A stretch of DNA of 64,000 nt from Gnetum montanum (lineage: Eukaryota; Plantae; Gnetophyta), in contig MNCI01000651.1 in the NCBI GenBank assembly GCA_015680685.1, positions 1,603,832-1,667,831 on the forward strand, read 5' to 3'. Of the stretch, positions 50,085 through 62,752 are shown piece by piece (within the stretch, counting starts at the first letter, position 1; each line of letters opens with the position of its first letter). The notes beneath the pieces are model-generated. The model saw only the letters and a program-made list of their open reading frames with translations, was not told the origin of the DNA and ran no database searches. A program made the translations under genes and the position numbers.

Positions 50085-53000
50085 GTGAATCCACAACCAT
50101 TGAATCCTTGGCAAGGAGCTACACCATTAAGGTTTCAAAATTACAATGATATTCGTAAGGTAGTTTACAAATATTTACCTCAACCTTTTATTCTTGGAAA
50201 AGCTTACTTAGCTAAAGAATACATTCACTTATTTGTGTTTACTTTGGGTCATGCAAATGTTGAACACCAAGACCAAGCTTGTACATTGTTTGTAGCAAAT
50301 TTAAAGGATATGGCTCAAATTTGGTATTCAAACTTGGAAAGAAACAATTCACAAGTTGGGATGATATGAAAATTCTTTTCTTGGCCTAGTTTGAAAATCA
50401 ATTAGATCAACAACAATTGTACTATGGGCTAGTACAAGCTAAGCAAGGACTTTAAGAGTCAATTAGATATTTCAAAATCATATTTTAGTGAACTTGTGGG
50501 CTCTGTCAAAGATAATATGGAACATAAGATGAAGTGCTTAGGCATACTTATCTTAAGGTTGTGAATGCCAATATTTCAATCTAGTTAAGGAGAACTCCAA
50601 ACTTGCTAACGTTGAATGACTACTATAGTGAAGCTATACAATTAGAGAGACAATTGAACTTCAATAATGAAGAAATTATCACAAATCAAAAAAGAGGAGA
50701 GAAAATGATGATTCTTGTACAAGATTTTGCTCAACTTAGGGCATTACTTAGGCCATCATGTATTAAGATAGAGAAAGAGTTAGAAAGCAAAGAATCTAGA
50801 AAAAAGATAGTTAATGAAAGACTTGTCCAACAAGGTAGTGAAACTAGAAAAAGCTTTGGTAAAAGTTAAAATCAAGGAAGAAAAGAAAAATAGAAAGTAT
50901 AAGCATCAAGATACTAGGTTAATAGAAGATGAGGATGAAAATGATCTTGTTATGTCTAACTTGATATTGAATTGGATAATGAGCTATCTAGTGTTCATTA
51001 AGCAAGCAAATATTTTAACAATGGATCTAGTGATACCTCTTCCCTATCAAGTTCTGAAGAGGATATATCATTAGATGAAGAGTGTAATAACAATGAAGAA
51101 AATGGATATAGTTTGCGATCAAAAGAAAGATTAACTACTTCTAGGCCTTCAAATTTCATTTCTGATCCATCTACTAGGAGGAAAGTTTTTGAACTATGTA
51201 GAAAGGAGAAAAATAAGAATAAAGAGGATAGAGCAAAGCAAAGTACTCAAAATCAGACTTTTAATAAATGGATGAAGAAACTAGGCTTTTATGGAGATGG
51301 AGAATATGGGCTAGTTGAGGATCTTAATAATGTCAAGGCCAATATTAGCATTTATTAATTGTTACAGATAAGTAATCAAAAAAATAAGGCCTTGGAGTTC
51401 ATTAAAGGAAAAAGGAGAGTTGGAGAATTAGAATTAAGCTATGTATCCAACATGGATAAGACAACAAAAACTAGTTAAGATTGTACTCTTGATAAGGAAG
51501 GTCCTCCTTTTCTTTTGACAATGAAGTTAAGGAACAAATATCTTCATAATTATTTAGCTAATTCTAGAGCTACATCTACTATCAGGCCACTGTCTATATC
51601 CAAAAATCTTGGTTGGACTTATGAAAAATCCAATAAAAAGATTGTTAAAATGGACAAGAGTAGAGTGAAGATTATGGGTCAATTACCCAATTTTTGGTTA
51701 GAAATTGCTTCTAAATCCTGTATAAAAAGTAGAGTAACTATTCAAGTAGCATATATACTAGATTCATATAGCCTTTTATTAAGTAGAAGTTGGAGTAAGA
51801 ATTTCTTAGGTTACATATCAATAGATTATTCACATATGTGGCTACCCTTGAAAGGGAAACCAAATCAAATCTGCATATATAGTGAACGTTTGATGTTGGA
51901 TTACATTACTTCAAATGAAAAGAACAAGGTTGTTGAAAAAAGCTCTTGTGAATTCAAAATTTGCACATTTCAAGAAGTTTATAACATAATAAACGTGAAA
52001 GTTCAAGATGAGAGCAAATGGGAATTATATTTTGATGGTTCCTATAACTCCAAAGGTGCAGGAGATGGAGTAGTTTTACTAAAAGATAATTCCTAAAAAA
52101 TATTCAAGACAATTCATGTATCTTTCCATTGTATGAATAAAAAGGCCAAATATGAAGCTTTAAGTATTGGAATTAAAGTAGCATTGGAAATGGGGATCAA
52201 GGTAATCACCATAAAAGGAGTTACAAGATTGATTTGTGAGCAAGTCAAAGGAAATTGTGTAGTCAAAAGATCATTCTTGTGGCCTTATAAACAACTTGTT
52301 TGTAAAAGGTTGGATCATTTTCATCACTATCAAATAGAATATATAGGTAGGAAAGATAATTATATAGTAGATGATTTAGCAAAATTAGCTTCAACTTTAG
52401 ATGTGAAAAGGATAGAAAATTACAAGGGGGTAACGATCAAGAATGAACATCATCCATCAATACTAGATAATATAAGATATTTACAAGTATTTGTAGATAA
52501 TGATCAAGTACTCAAGTTTATAAAGAATAAGCAAGAATTCAAAATTTAGGTCACACCAAAAACAACATCAAGTTCTAAGTATAATTTAATTCCCAAAGAG
52601 GTGATTAGTTATGAACATGATTTTAGTAAAAATTAGTTCACAAGAAAGGATATACAAAATTCTAAAGATCGAGCTTATGAAGTAGTGAATCTTGGATCAA
52701 CTGAGATGCCATAGATGTTAAACATCACAAAGGAAGATAATTCAATTTTCAAGAAAAAAATTGTTATTATTGTTAAAGAATAATCTAAAGAATTTTGCCT
52801 AGTCTTATGATGATCTTAAATCTTTTAGATTTGATGTATTGACACATAAAGTTCCTTTAATAGATGGTTTAAAATAGTTAAGCAAAAGCAAAGGAAATTT
52901 AGTCCATCATTTGAGTGAGCTCTGGAAGTTGAGATTAAGAAGTTATTACAAGCCCAAATCATATATTTAGTCCGTATTTGACATGACATGTTAATATAAT

Positions 53001-55380
53001 TCTAGTAAGAAAGAAGAATGGTGATATTAGGCTTTGTGTGGATTTTAGAAATTTGAATGAAGCATTTGAAGAAAAGAAGTACCCACTCCATAGACTTGAT
53101 GAAATGTTGATCAAAGTATTAGGATGTCAGGTATACTCCTTCTTAGATGAATTTTTAGGTTATAATCAAATCATGATAGATAAGGATGATAGATATAAAA
53201 CAACATTTATCATTAAATGGAGAACATTTGCTTATGAAAGAATACCATTCAAATTATCAAATGTTGGAGCTACTTTCCAAAGAACAATGGACTTAGCTTT
53301 TTAAGATTTGATAGGCGAGTTCATTATGGTTTATCTAGATGATATCATTATCTACTCATAAAGGAAGGAAGATCATATTTTTTATCTACAACAAATTTTT
53401 GAAAAATGTTATCAATATTGTATTTCATTAAATCCTAAGAAATGTATTCTTGGGGTTAAGTTTGGAAGTTTGTTGGGCCATGTAATTTGTTATGAAGGAA
53501 TTGCTATAAATAATGAATGAATTCAAGCAGTATAGAATATCAAACATCCTACAAATAAAAAGTCTTTTAGATCTTTATTTGGAAAGATAAATTTTGTTAA
53601 GAAATTTATCCCACGATTCATCAAAATTACTAAACCTTTGATGCATATGCTTAAGAAAGATATATCGATAAGGAAATCACTAGAATTAGAGAAAGCTTTA
53701 ACACATTAAAAAGGCTATTCAAGAAGCCCTATACTTGGTAAAATCAAAATTGAAGGAAGATTTCTGGTTATATGCTTTTTCCTCAAAGGATTCAATTGTT
53801 GCCGTTTTAACTTAAAGAGATAATGGTTAAGATGAACCAATTGGATTTTTTGGATATCAATTGAAAGGTTCTGAGCTAAACTATTTTGATTTAGAGAAAC
53901 AAGCATTCATAGTCATTAAAGTACTTCTACATTTCAAATATTACTTAGAAAGCTCATTAGTCCATATTATGCTAATAGAGCCAAAGGTCAAACAACTATT
54001 GACTCAAAATCAAATTGGATTGAAAAGAGGGAAGTGGCTTATAAAGCTTTAAGGTCTCATATTTTCATTGGAAATATGCAAGATTATTAAATGAATGGGA
54101 TTAGCCAAGTCAATAGCTAGAGAAGACAAAATATTCGTACTAAGGACCCATGAGGAAAACTAGTACGATGAAATTCTAGAATTCCTTAACATAAGAAAAG
54201 TTCCAAATTAGTTAATTGCAAATTAGAAAAGGGCTTTCCTCAAAAAGAAAAATAAATTTGTAGTTAAATATGGGATCTTATATAGAAAAGACTTTAGAGG
54301 GATTTTGTTGGAATGTGTTCAGAATAATCAAATCAGTTCTATTTTATAACAATTCCATGATCATTCTAATTTTTTTCATGAGTCTCCTAAGTCTACTATG
54401 CAACATATACTCCACTATGATTTTGATTAGCCTTGTATGTATCAAGATATTATTTTAAATATCCAAAGAAGTTACAAATGTCAAATTCATGGAACAAAAA
54501 TTAAAAAGGCTAGAGCTCCCTTAAAACTGGTAATTGCGGATAGATCATTTTAGCAATGGGGCCTAGATTTTATTGGTACAATTACTTCTTCAAGAGTTGG
54601 GCATAAGTTTATTCTCATAGCCATCAATTACTTTAGCAAATGGTCTAAAGAAACTCTAAGAAAAAGTTTAGCATTAGACATAATTAAGTTCTTAGAAGAA
54701 CAAATTCTAAGTTGCTTTGGTTTGCTAGAAGTGTTGGTATTTGATATGGACCTACTTTTCAATTTGAAGAATTTATAACATGTGCATCAGAGAAATCCAT
54801 CTTTATATTTTATTCTTCAAATTATTATCCTAAAGGGAATGGATTGTCTAAATCTACAAATAAAAAGCTTATTTTTCTACATCAAAAAGTCGATGGAAGG
54901 AAATCTAGGAAATTGGATTGATTATTTACAATTTGCATTATGGAATGACTGTATTAGATTTAAAAAGGCTATTGGAACATCACCTTATAACTTGGTCTAT
55001 GGTTTTCCCAAAAGAATTATGAATAAGATTATAAGGTTGACCTTAGTTTTTGTGCAAAAGTATGGTGAGAAAATCAATAAAGATAGAATTTTCATGACCT
55101 TGCTTATTAAAAGAGAAGTTGGAATTGATAGATATAAGGATAATTTATTAAAGAATGCTTCTCAAATTAAAAGATAATTTGATAGAAAGGCTTTAAAAAG
55201 AACTTTTAAAATTGGTGATCATGTGTTATTGTAGAATATGAAGAATCCAAATAAATTTTTGACAATATGGATAGGTTCGTTTCAAATCGAAGGACAATTA
55301 TCAGAAGATACGTACAAGCTATCAACGTTAAGTGGAATGAAATTATAACTTTTATATAATGTTTTACATATAAAACATTA
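50085..55380 (+). pseudogene. gag-pol: Tat gag-pol with archaeal-type RNase H between protease and RT, degenerate
   Basis: Gag ACTLFVANLKDMAQIWY; PR YLANSRATSTI..LLLSRSW; aRH WELYFDGS..YEALSIGIKVALEMG..NYIVDDLAKLAS (52015-52400); RT VDFRNLN..FLDEFLGYNQI..VYLDDII; RH YFDLEKQAF; INT WGLDFIG..GTSPYNLVYG. Confidence 0.92.
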
Positions 55381-55424
55381 CTTTGGGCAACCACCCACAA
55401 TTTAATATATATATATGTGACCAA

Positions 55425-55435
55425 NNNNNNNNNNN
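55425..55435. other. Assembly gap (11 N)
   Basis: Run of N. Confidence 1.
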
Positions 55436-56482
55436 GAGGTAGGAGTATTAGTTAAATTAGAGTGTTAGTTGAAAATTTAAATTTACATTATCTCAGGTAA
55501 TCATTAATTGTTATGTGTGTTAACTACACTTTAGTGGGATTAGTGCTTTGGATAACCACATAATGTAAAATTAGTTTACAACTAATACATAATGGAAATT
55601 AATTTTATCAACTGTATGATGGTGGGAAGTAAATAAGTTTTGGTTGAGTAAGAAAGTTGGTTATTTGGATGGTGGGAATTTCATATTTTTTTGCATTATA
55701 TAAAGAGTTGTAGTTTGCTTGAAAAGACATCTTCCAATTCAACACTTGAGCAAGAAAAGCATTTTTAGTTTGAGGTAGAAAGTGAGCTTAAGAAAGATGG
55801 CAGTGAGAAGGCCTTTTATTTCTTATGTGACTGGCTGCTATCTAGAATATGTCATGAGAGTGTTGTGCAAGGCAATTGCTCATGGTGCATTATATGAAAG
55901 TCCATTTTTACTTTGGCTTTTGGATGAAATTAGCTTTCTCACCAGTGGATGCTCCATCCATTCAAATGTTTGGGGTTGTTTCCACCAATGCACCATTGAA
56001 GTTGACCACCAAGGAGAGTCCAGTCAAGATGATTCTTAGGGAGAGGTTTTCATGTCTCAAGATACATAAACAATTGGGTATGAAGAACCTTAAAAATTAG
56101 CAACCAAGGATCAAATGAGAAAGAAACAAATACAGTTGTTGGAAACAATGGTGAAGAAGATCGAGTTGAAGCTCTAATGAGGTAAGAAGAATATGTAGGA
56201 ATTAACAACATGAGGATCCCTAAAAGGGTTATCGTAACTATTCTTTTCCCTCCTACTAAATTGTTTGTATAAGGCTATTTTTGTATAGTTTCCTTATTTT
56301 ATAGGGGTGAGATTTTTATATTGTCATACCTTATGTTTGATGGAAATCTTCCTTAAAAAAGATTTATGGTTTTGTAAAAATGTTCAATAGATCCCTATTT
56401 TGGTGATGATTTAGTTGGTGTACATTGTTGAATTATCTTAAACATCTTAGGTTTTAAAGAAATTTAAGAAAGGGAAAAGAAA

Positions 56483-59274
56483 TGTTGGCACAATTTTACC
56501 ATTTTTATGGAGCAATGATGGTGCTTGATCATCTTTGAAAAGTTGATAAATTTATGTTATGTTGGTTTTCTAAATTTTTTTTAAAGATACCTTGTCAAAT
56601 ACCTTAGCTAAGGTGAAGATTTTGAAGGTGATATTTTAAATAAAATATCAAAGGAATGTGAAGAAGAATATCAATTTTACGTCAGGGATATATCTTAACA
56701 TGGTGGCTTATATTTTAATTTGAAAATTTATAAGCTTATAAAGTTTATCAATCAAGTTGTAAAATTTCCAAACTAATGTAATCATTAAAATATTAAATTT
56801 GTCATGTGTTGCTGTAATGGTATGTTCAAGAAAAAAATTAGTGGCCATGGAATGGTGCCTAGTGCTGATTCAAGCTCTAGAACCTTAATAAGTGGATTCA
56901 AACAACATCATCATATTGAATATGCTAACCTCTAGGATTAAACCCTTGCATCCTTAAGAAGTAATATTGGAATCCATAGCCTAGGTGTCGTGAATGTGGC
57001 TCATATGTGTGGTAGATTTGATGTTAGGGTTGCAATGGACATGTACATCAGAGCATGAATTTCAACAAGTTTAACAAAATAGTCCACATAGATCATTCCA
57101 TGGAGAATTAGGCTTGTCTAAGAATTAATGCTTCCAAATTCATGACATCTATAGCCATTGGCAATCATGTGTTTACAAGGAATTTGTAGCTGCAGAGTCC
57201 CTTTATCCACATATCCCTTAATAGAAAAGCCCTTGGAACCCTTATGATACTTACCTTGGACAAGCTCCACCATGTTGCTATATGCTAGTTTCTTAGCAAA
57301 GGAAATCATAAAAAATCATGGTTAAAATGTGTAGAGGCTTGGTGGCTGATTACCTATCAATGACCGTGCTCACATTGGTGATAAAGAAAATTTCATTTTC
57401 TTTTATCATTCATGTTGTAGAGTGGTGTTGGAAAATTTAATTTGAGATGATGCATCACTCTGCTAATCATGGAGGTAGAGATGGAGTTACAAACAAGTGG
57501 TGACTACCCTATAGAGAGATGCGATAGTAATGGAGTATGTGGCAAAAATAGCATGCTTGCTTATTGGTATTTTGGACATGTTTACTATTACATTTTACAC
57601 CTGTGATTTTTTTCCATGATATTATGGTTTTACATTTCATACATTTGTATTAAGGTTTTGGTATGGAGTTATAAAATGACCAAAAAATAATAATCATAAA
57701 ATAAAACCATGATATAAAAGAGAAGGAGAAAAAAATATAATAATTGAATTTGAAAAATGAATTTTAGATTGAGGGAACATATGTAATCAACCATAGAATG
57801 ACTATCTTGCATTTGTATCTAGGTGATCTAAAATTAAAGAAGGCACCTTGAATTAGAGTTATCTTTTCTTTAAAGGCTTAAATTATGTTTTTTCCCATAG
57901 GAAGATATATTATAAGGGTTAATGTGCCAAACATGGTGAACTCATATCAAGGATAGATCCTCAAGAATATTAGAAAAAATAAAATAAAAGATTTATAAGC
58001 TAGTTATTGGGCAAGACACTTGCCAACTATGGCTTAAATTTCTCATAGAAGTTATAACTTCTTAGGATGGTTATGCATTAATCCCCTAGATATTTTTAAC
58101 ATTCTTAATGTCTCATGATGATTGTAACTACCCTAATGCCACTATAAAAGGAGCTTCAAAGATAGAATTAGAGGAGGATTTGGGGGGAAAAGATACTTGA
58201 AAAAATATTGAAGATTATAAAGCATGGCTTGCTAAAGACATCAATTCCGCTACTTTGTCTTAATCCTTTGAGTTTATTCCTTCCCATTTTGTTTTAGTTA
58301 CTTAGCTAATGGTTTAGATAGTATCATGCTTGGCATTTAATTTTTGGATTTTCTAGGTTGCCTTTATAACTTTATTTTTTGCAAAATATTAGACTTCTAT
58401 TAGGTTTGCCATATAAGAGCTTATGTTGTATTAGAAAAGCATCTTGAGAAATTTAATAATAATGTCTTATAGAAATTACCTGTTTGAGTCTAAAGAATGA
58501 AGCAAATCTTTGATACTTTACGACGAATGAAATAGCCTTATTTATTTTAAAGTTTATTTACTTAATATTTCAATATTGAAATTGTCAAAATTTTTTGGAT
58601 GTTCTAGTGTTTGCAATTCTTGACCGATATTAACTAGCCAAATAGAAGTTTGTATTTTGTCATTTACAAAGCATTTTGGTAGTTAAATAAGAGTGATTTT
58701 TATGAAATTAATAATAGATTGAATTGGAATAGGTTTACTACGAAGTGTTTCCTCATGTTAATTTATCTTGCTTAAATGTTTAAGATTCTACATAAATTTA
58801 CTTTTTTTTTCTTTTTCTAAAATCCCTTGAATCTCATTCTATTTCTATTTTTCTTGCGGAACTTTTTCTCTAGGGGAAATTAGAAGTAGATTGAAAGAAT
58901 TGTGCTTAATTTGTTTGGTGAAATTTTATTTGTTTAAAGGAATGTACTATATGGACTATGTAGACTAAGTGACTTGACAAAATAGGAATCTTTAATAACT
59001 CACAAAATTTGACAAAGCTAGATAAATTTCTTTTATGATAGCCAATTACATTTTCATTCACAAACCCAAGCATTTCAACATTCATAATAGAAAAAACATA
59101 CACACAATTAGTTATTTTCATAATCACTAAGTTTATTTAGAGGTATTTTGTTCTTGGTGTTACCAGAAGACTAGCAAGCATCTAAACCCTACTTAAAGAA
59201 CACCTTCACATCATGTGGTCGCAAAGCTACAAGACAAGAGGCACCCAAGTGTTAGTAGTTCGAATTGACCACCA
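56483..59274 (+). repeat. 3' LTR of the Tat element (~2.8 kb)
   Basis: Starts TGTTGGC after the PPT and repeats 47201-49716. Confidence 0.88.
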
Positions 59275-59721
59275 ATAGGAAGGGACATTAAACAAAAAGA
59301 CACCAATAACAAATGGATTCAAGTTCAACAATTTAAGAGCTAGATTAACAAGATTCATCAAATTCATCTTGGAGAGCTACATTCAGTTTATCTACCATAA
59401 AGGTAAGGTAAGAGGTAAGCAATGTATATTTTCTGATCATAATAATTTCTCTATGCAATGTTGGATATGCAATGGAAGAGGCTATATGAGCTCAAACATA
59501 TCTTGTACTTGTAGGTTTCATGAAGTGGAATTTAGTAAAGAAATAAGGACTACCAACATCAATACTAAGTGGGATGAAAAAGGAAAAGAAAGCTATGCAT
59601 ATGAAGACTCTTATTATTTATGTCTTGCCATGGCAAATCAAGAATCCATTAATGATCCAACATATTATGGTGAAGTTGAAGAAGATGAGATTACTTTGGA
59701 AGAAAGGTATGAGATGCTTTG
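59275..59721 (+). pseudogene. SIRE-like gag fragment related to 10500-10870
   Basis: CWICNGRGYM and ERYEMLCDE versus CWICGGRGYM and ERFELMCNE. Confidence 0.7.
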
Positions 59722-59855
59722 TGATGAGTGGCAAGGTATCCCTACATCCAACCATATGAATCACAGGCATTTGCGTGCGATTTAGTTAAATTCCGCAGAG
59801 TTTAATTACCAATTATGCTAGTGCTAAATAGTGCATGTGTGTTGTCCATTCATTA

Positions 59856-60150
59856 CCTTCCCAGTCCCACTTGTGAAATGCAATTTTATGGTTAAGTGTG
59901 ACTGAGGCATAAGATTTTTATTATTTTGTGTTTTATAAATTTACTCACCTAGAACAAGAATGAAAATAAGAGTAATTAAGTGCTAAGTAAACTATGATCT
60001 CGTTTCCTTCCCAGTCCCACTTGTGAAATGCAATTGTATGGTTAAGTGTGATTGAGGCATAAGATTTTTATTATTTTGTGTTTTATAAATTTACTCACCT
60101 AGAACAAGAATGAAAATAAGAGAAATTAAGTGCTAAGTAAACTATGATCT
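59856..60150. repeat. Near-perfect 145-bp tandem duplication inside the LTR
   Basis: 59856-60000 and 60006-60150 differ at 3 positions and are separated by CGTTT. Confidence 0.95.
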
Positions 60151-62752
60151 AATCTAGCCTAACATAAGTAACCATTCCCACTTCCTGGACACATCTTGAA
60201 CTTTGTGTAAACACTGTTAGGTTGTCAAATGCTAATCATTTTTGAGCTACCAAGTGTCACACATATGTTCGAAGGGGTTGTGCTTGTGTATTTTAATTAG
60301 TTGCTTAATGAATCAAAATTAATTTTTGAATGAATAACATTAATGTAAATAGAATGAAATCACAATATATATAAATGCATAAGAAAGAAAGTCTCAAGTG
60401 CTGTAAGGTGAATCAAAGAGCTCATCTTTATTACCAACACAATGGTGTGTTCAAGTACATCAATGTTTGAATAAAGATCTGATCACACTTAGATCTCCAG
60501 CTACGAGCACTTGGAAAATATTCTAACTTTCAAATGGACAAACTGTAAGAGTTTTGCTACTTGACTACCAAAAACTACTCCCAATCATGTGCTTGGGGGC
60601 TGTATTTATAGACCTAGGAATAACCCTATAATTTCCAATGCACAATATCGCATCTTGGGCCACAATATCACGTACCTGATATCATTTACGCAATATCATG
60701 GCCACTCTGATATTGGAGCATATGAAAAACATGATTCATCATACCCCCATGATTAAATGAAAACTCGTCCTTGAGTATAGAAGAAGAGGAACAAGTCCTT
60801 TACAAAACATATTAGGAGGTGTGGAAAATTTGACTAGCATGCAAAGTGACATAGAGAAAATAGACAAATACAGAAGTGCCCGAGCATACAACATTATAAT
60901 TGTGTAAAAAATTGGGTGTTTAGGATAATAGGAAAGGACACCCTTAGATCTAATGGACATCCAATCGCTCTTGGTAATAGAAGAATGAGGGAGAGGTAGA
61001 AAAGATCCAATGGTCATGAACAATCTCCCATGAATGATATTGTTGCATCCTCCTTGGTAAAGACAGTCTTGCTTCCAATCCATGCTCCCCACTGCAATCA
61101 CAATAAAATCAAGGATTAGTATATAAAGTGTAATAGATAATAGCTAAATACCTTGTCTTGTCAGTGATTTTATGAAGTCGAGTTGTGATTGTGATAGATT
61201 GGTTACTTGATAGTGTTAGTGGGAAGACTGACGAATGGGTTAAGTAAGAGAAGTGGTCCATGAAATTTAGAAAAAGCTTAACACAAGGAATATTGGAAAG
61301 AGGGTATAGGAATTCACAACAATAAAAAGAAGGAATTCACTAATAACATTTGTGAACATGCATATAATTGGATGGCATCGATGGGGTAAATAAAAAGAAT
61401 TTGATTGTAAAAATGTTTAATGATAAAGAACTTAACTTAACCAAACCAAAAGATATGCAAGTGGGTCCTCCCCAAAGTAGGCACAAGCCTTTTATGCCCT
61501 TGCATAACTTCAAACTAAGGAGTCTGTGGGCACCATGGATGATTAATGGTTATGGAAAGTTAAGTAAAAAAACCTAGAAATAACTGACTGAGAAACTTGA
61601 CACATCAAACTAGAACATTGAATCTAAACATGAAACCGTTAGTGAGCTGAGGCATGAAAAGAATAGATGGATGAGAGAGCGAATGGAATGGAGTTCCTGA
61701 TTATGGTCACATGAAGTCCCTTGTGGAGTTTGTGATTAAATGACTTGGTAGGATCCATCCTCAATCCAAACGAAAACCAACCACATTCAATGACTTTGCA
61801 TTGAAATTCTAAGACTAGTCCATCCCTTGAGACACAAGAATGCTCCCACAAAACAACCACCATTCCAAATTGAAGATAAAGTAGGAAGTAAGAAAGGACC
61901 TTAGTTAGAGGAGATAAGATAAGTTCCATAACTAGTGCTTGTAGCACTTTTATTTGGTCTAAGAGGTGTGCTTTGAATTTCCATGTTTTTTTTTGTATGG
62001 GAACCATACCATGCAAAGACCCATGCATTTTTGTATTTATTGTGTCCAAGGGATGTGCTTTAAATCTTCATCTCTCTTCTTTTTTTTTTGATGAGGACCA
62101 CACCATGCAAAGGCTTTTTTGACTTCCTATTGTGGAATGACACAGAATGGTGTGAAGCTCACGAGAAAACTCCCACACATAGGAAAATAGAAAAGTACAA
62201 AGAATAACACATTACTTTAAAGCCACATCTTGTCCAAACCTTTGATTCCTTTCCAATTTTGGAAACTGTACAAGTCCCCAATTTATTAAGGTTGCATTAA
62301 TGAAAAAGGAACTGCACATTTTCAAAATAAGGAAAACCATGGAGTATGTGGATGGGTGGATGATGTAGACTCACTACCTGTTACATGAAAAGAAACCATG
62401 TCCTAGTTGTAATTAATGACATTGAAAGTCAGAAACTAGACATCAACAATCAAATTACAAATGAAACATACCACCATCGAGTAGCACATTACCATTGTAC
62501 CTAACACCTTATTAGCAAAAAGAGTAGATAGATACATCAAACACAAGAAAATATATAAAAAAGTAAAAGATTATACAATAAATATCAAATATATTAGCGA
62601 TTGTGTAAAAAAAAAAACTTAGAAAAGATCAATAACCTGAAAAATACAAAGATGTAAAACAAAGATGCAAAACAAAGAATATGAAAATGAAAAGTTGTAA
62701 AACTAAAAATGTGTACAAAAAAAGTCAAAAGATTGAGGAGCCATGTAAAGTA

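Larger units (their letters stand above)
47201..59274 (+). mobile_element. Tat-lineage Ty3/gypsy element with very long LTRs
   Basis: Direct repeats 47201-49716 (5' truncated) and 56483-59274; PBS TGGTGCTAGAAGGAGGGC at 49727; PPT AAGAAAGGGAAAAGAAA at 56466-56482; gag-PR-aRH-RT-RH-INT in between. Confidence 0.9.

Noticed and set aside
61639-62049. 136-aa hydrophobic ORF as env of element C
   Set aside because: No match to the env-like motifs of elements A and B and no recognisable domain; likely a chance ORF.
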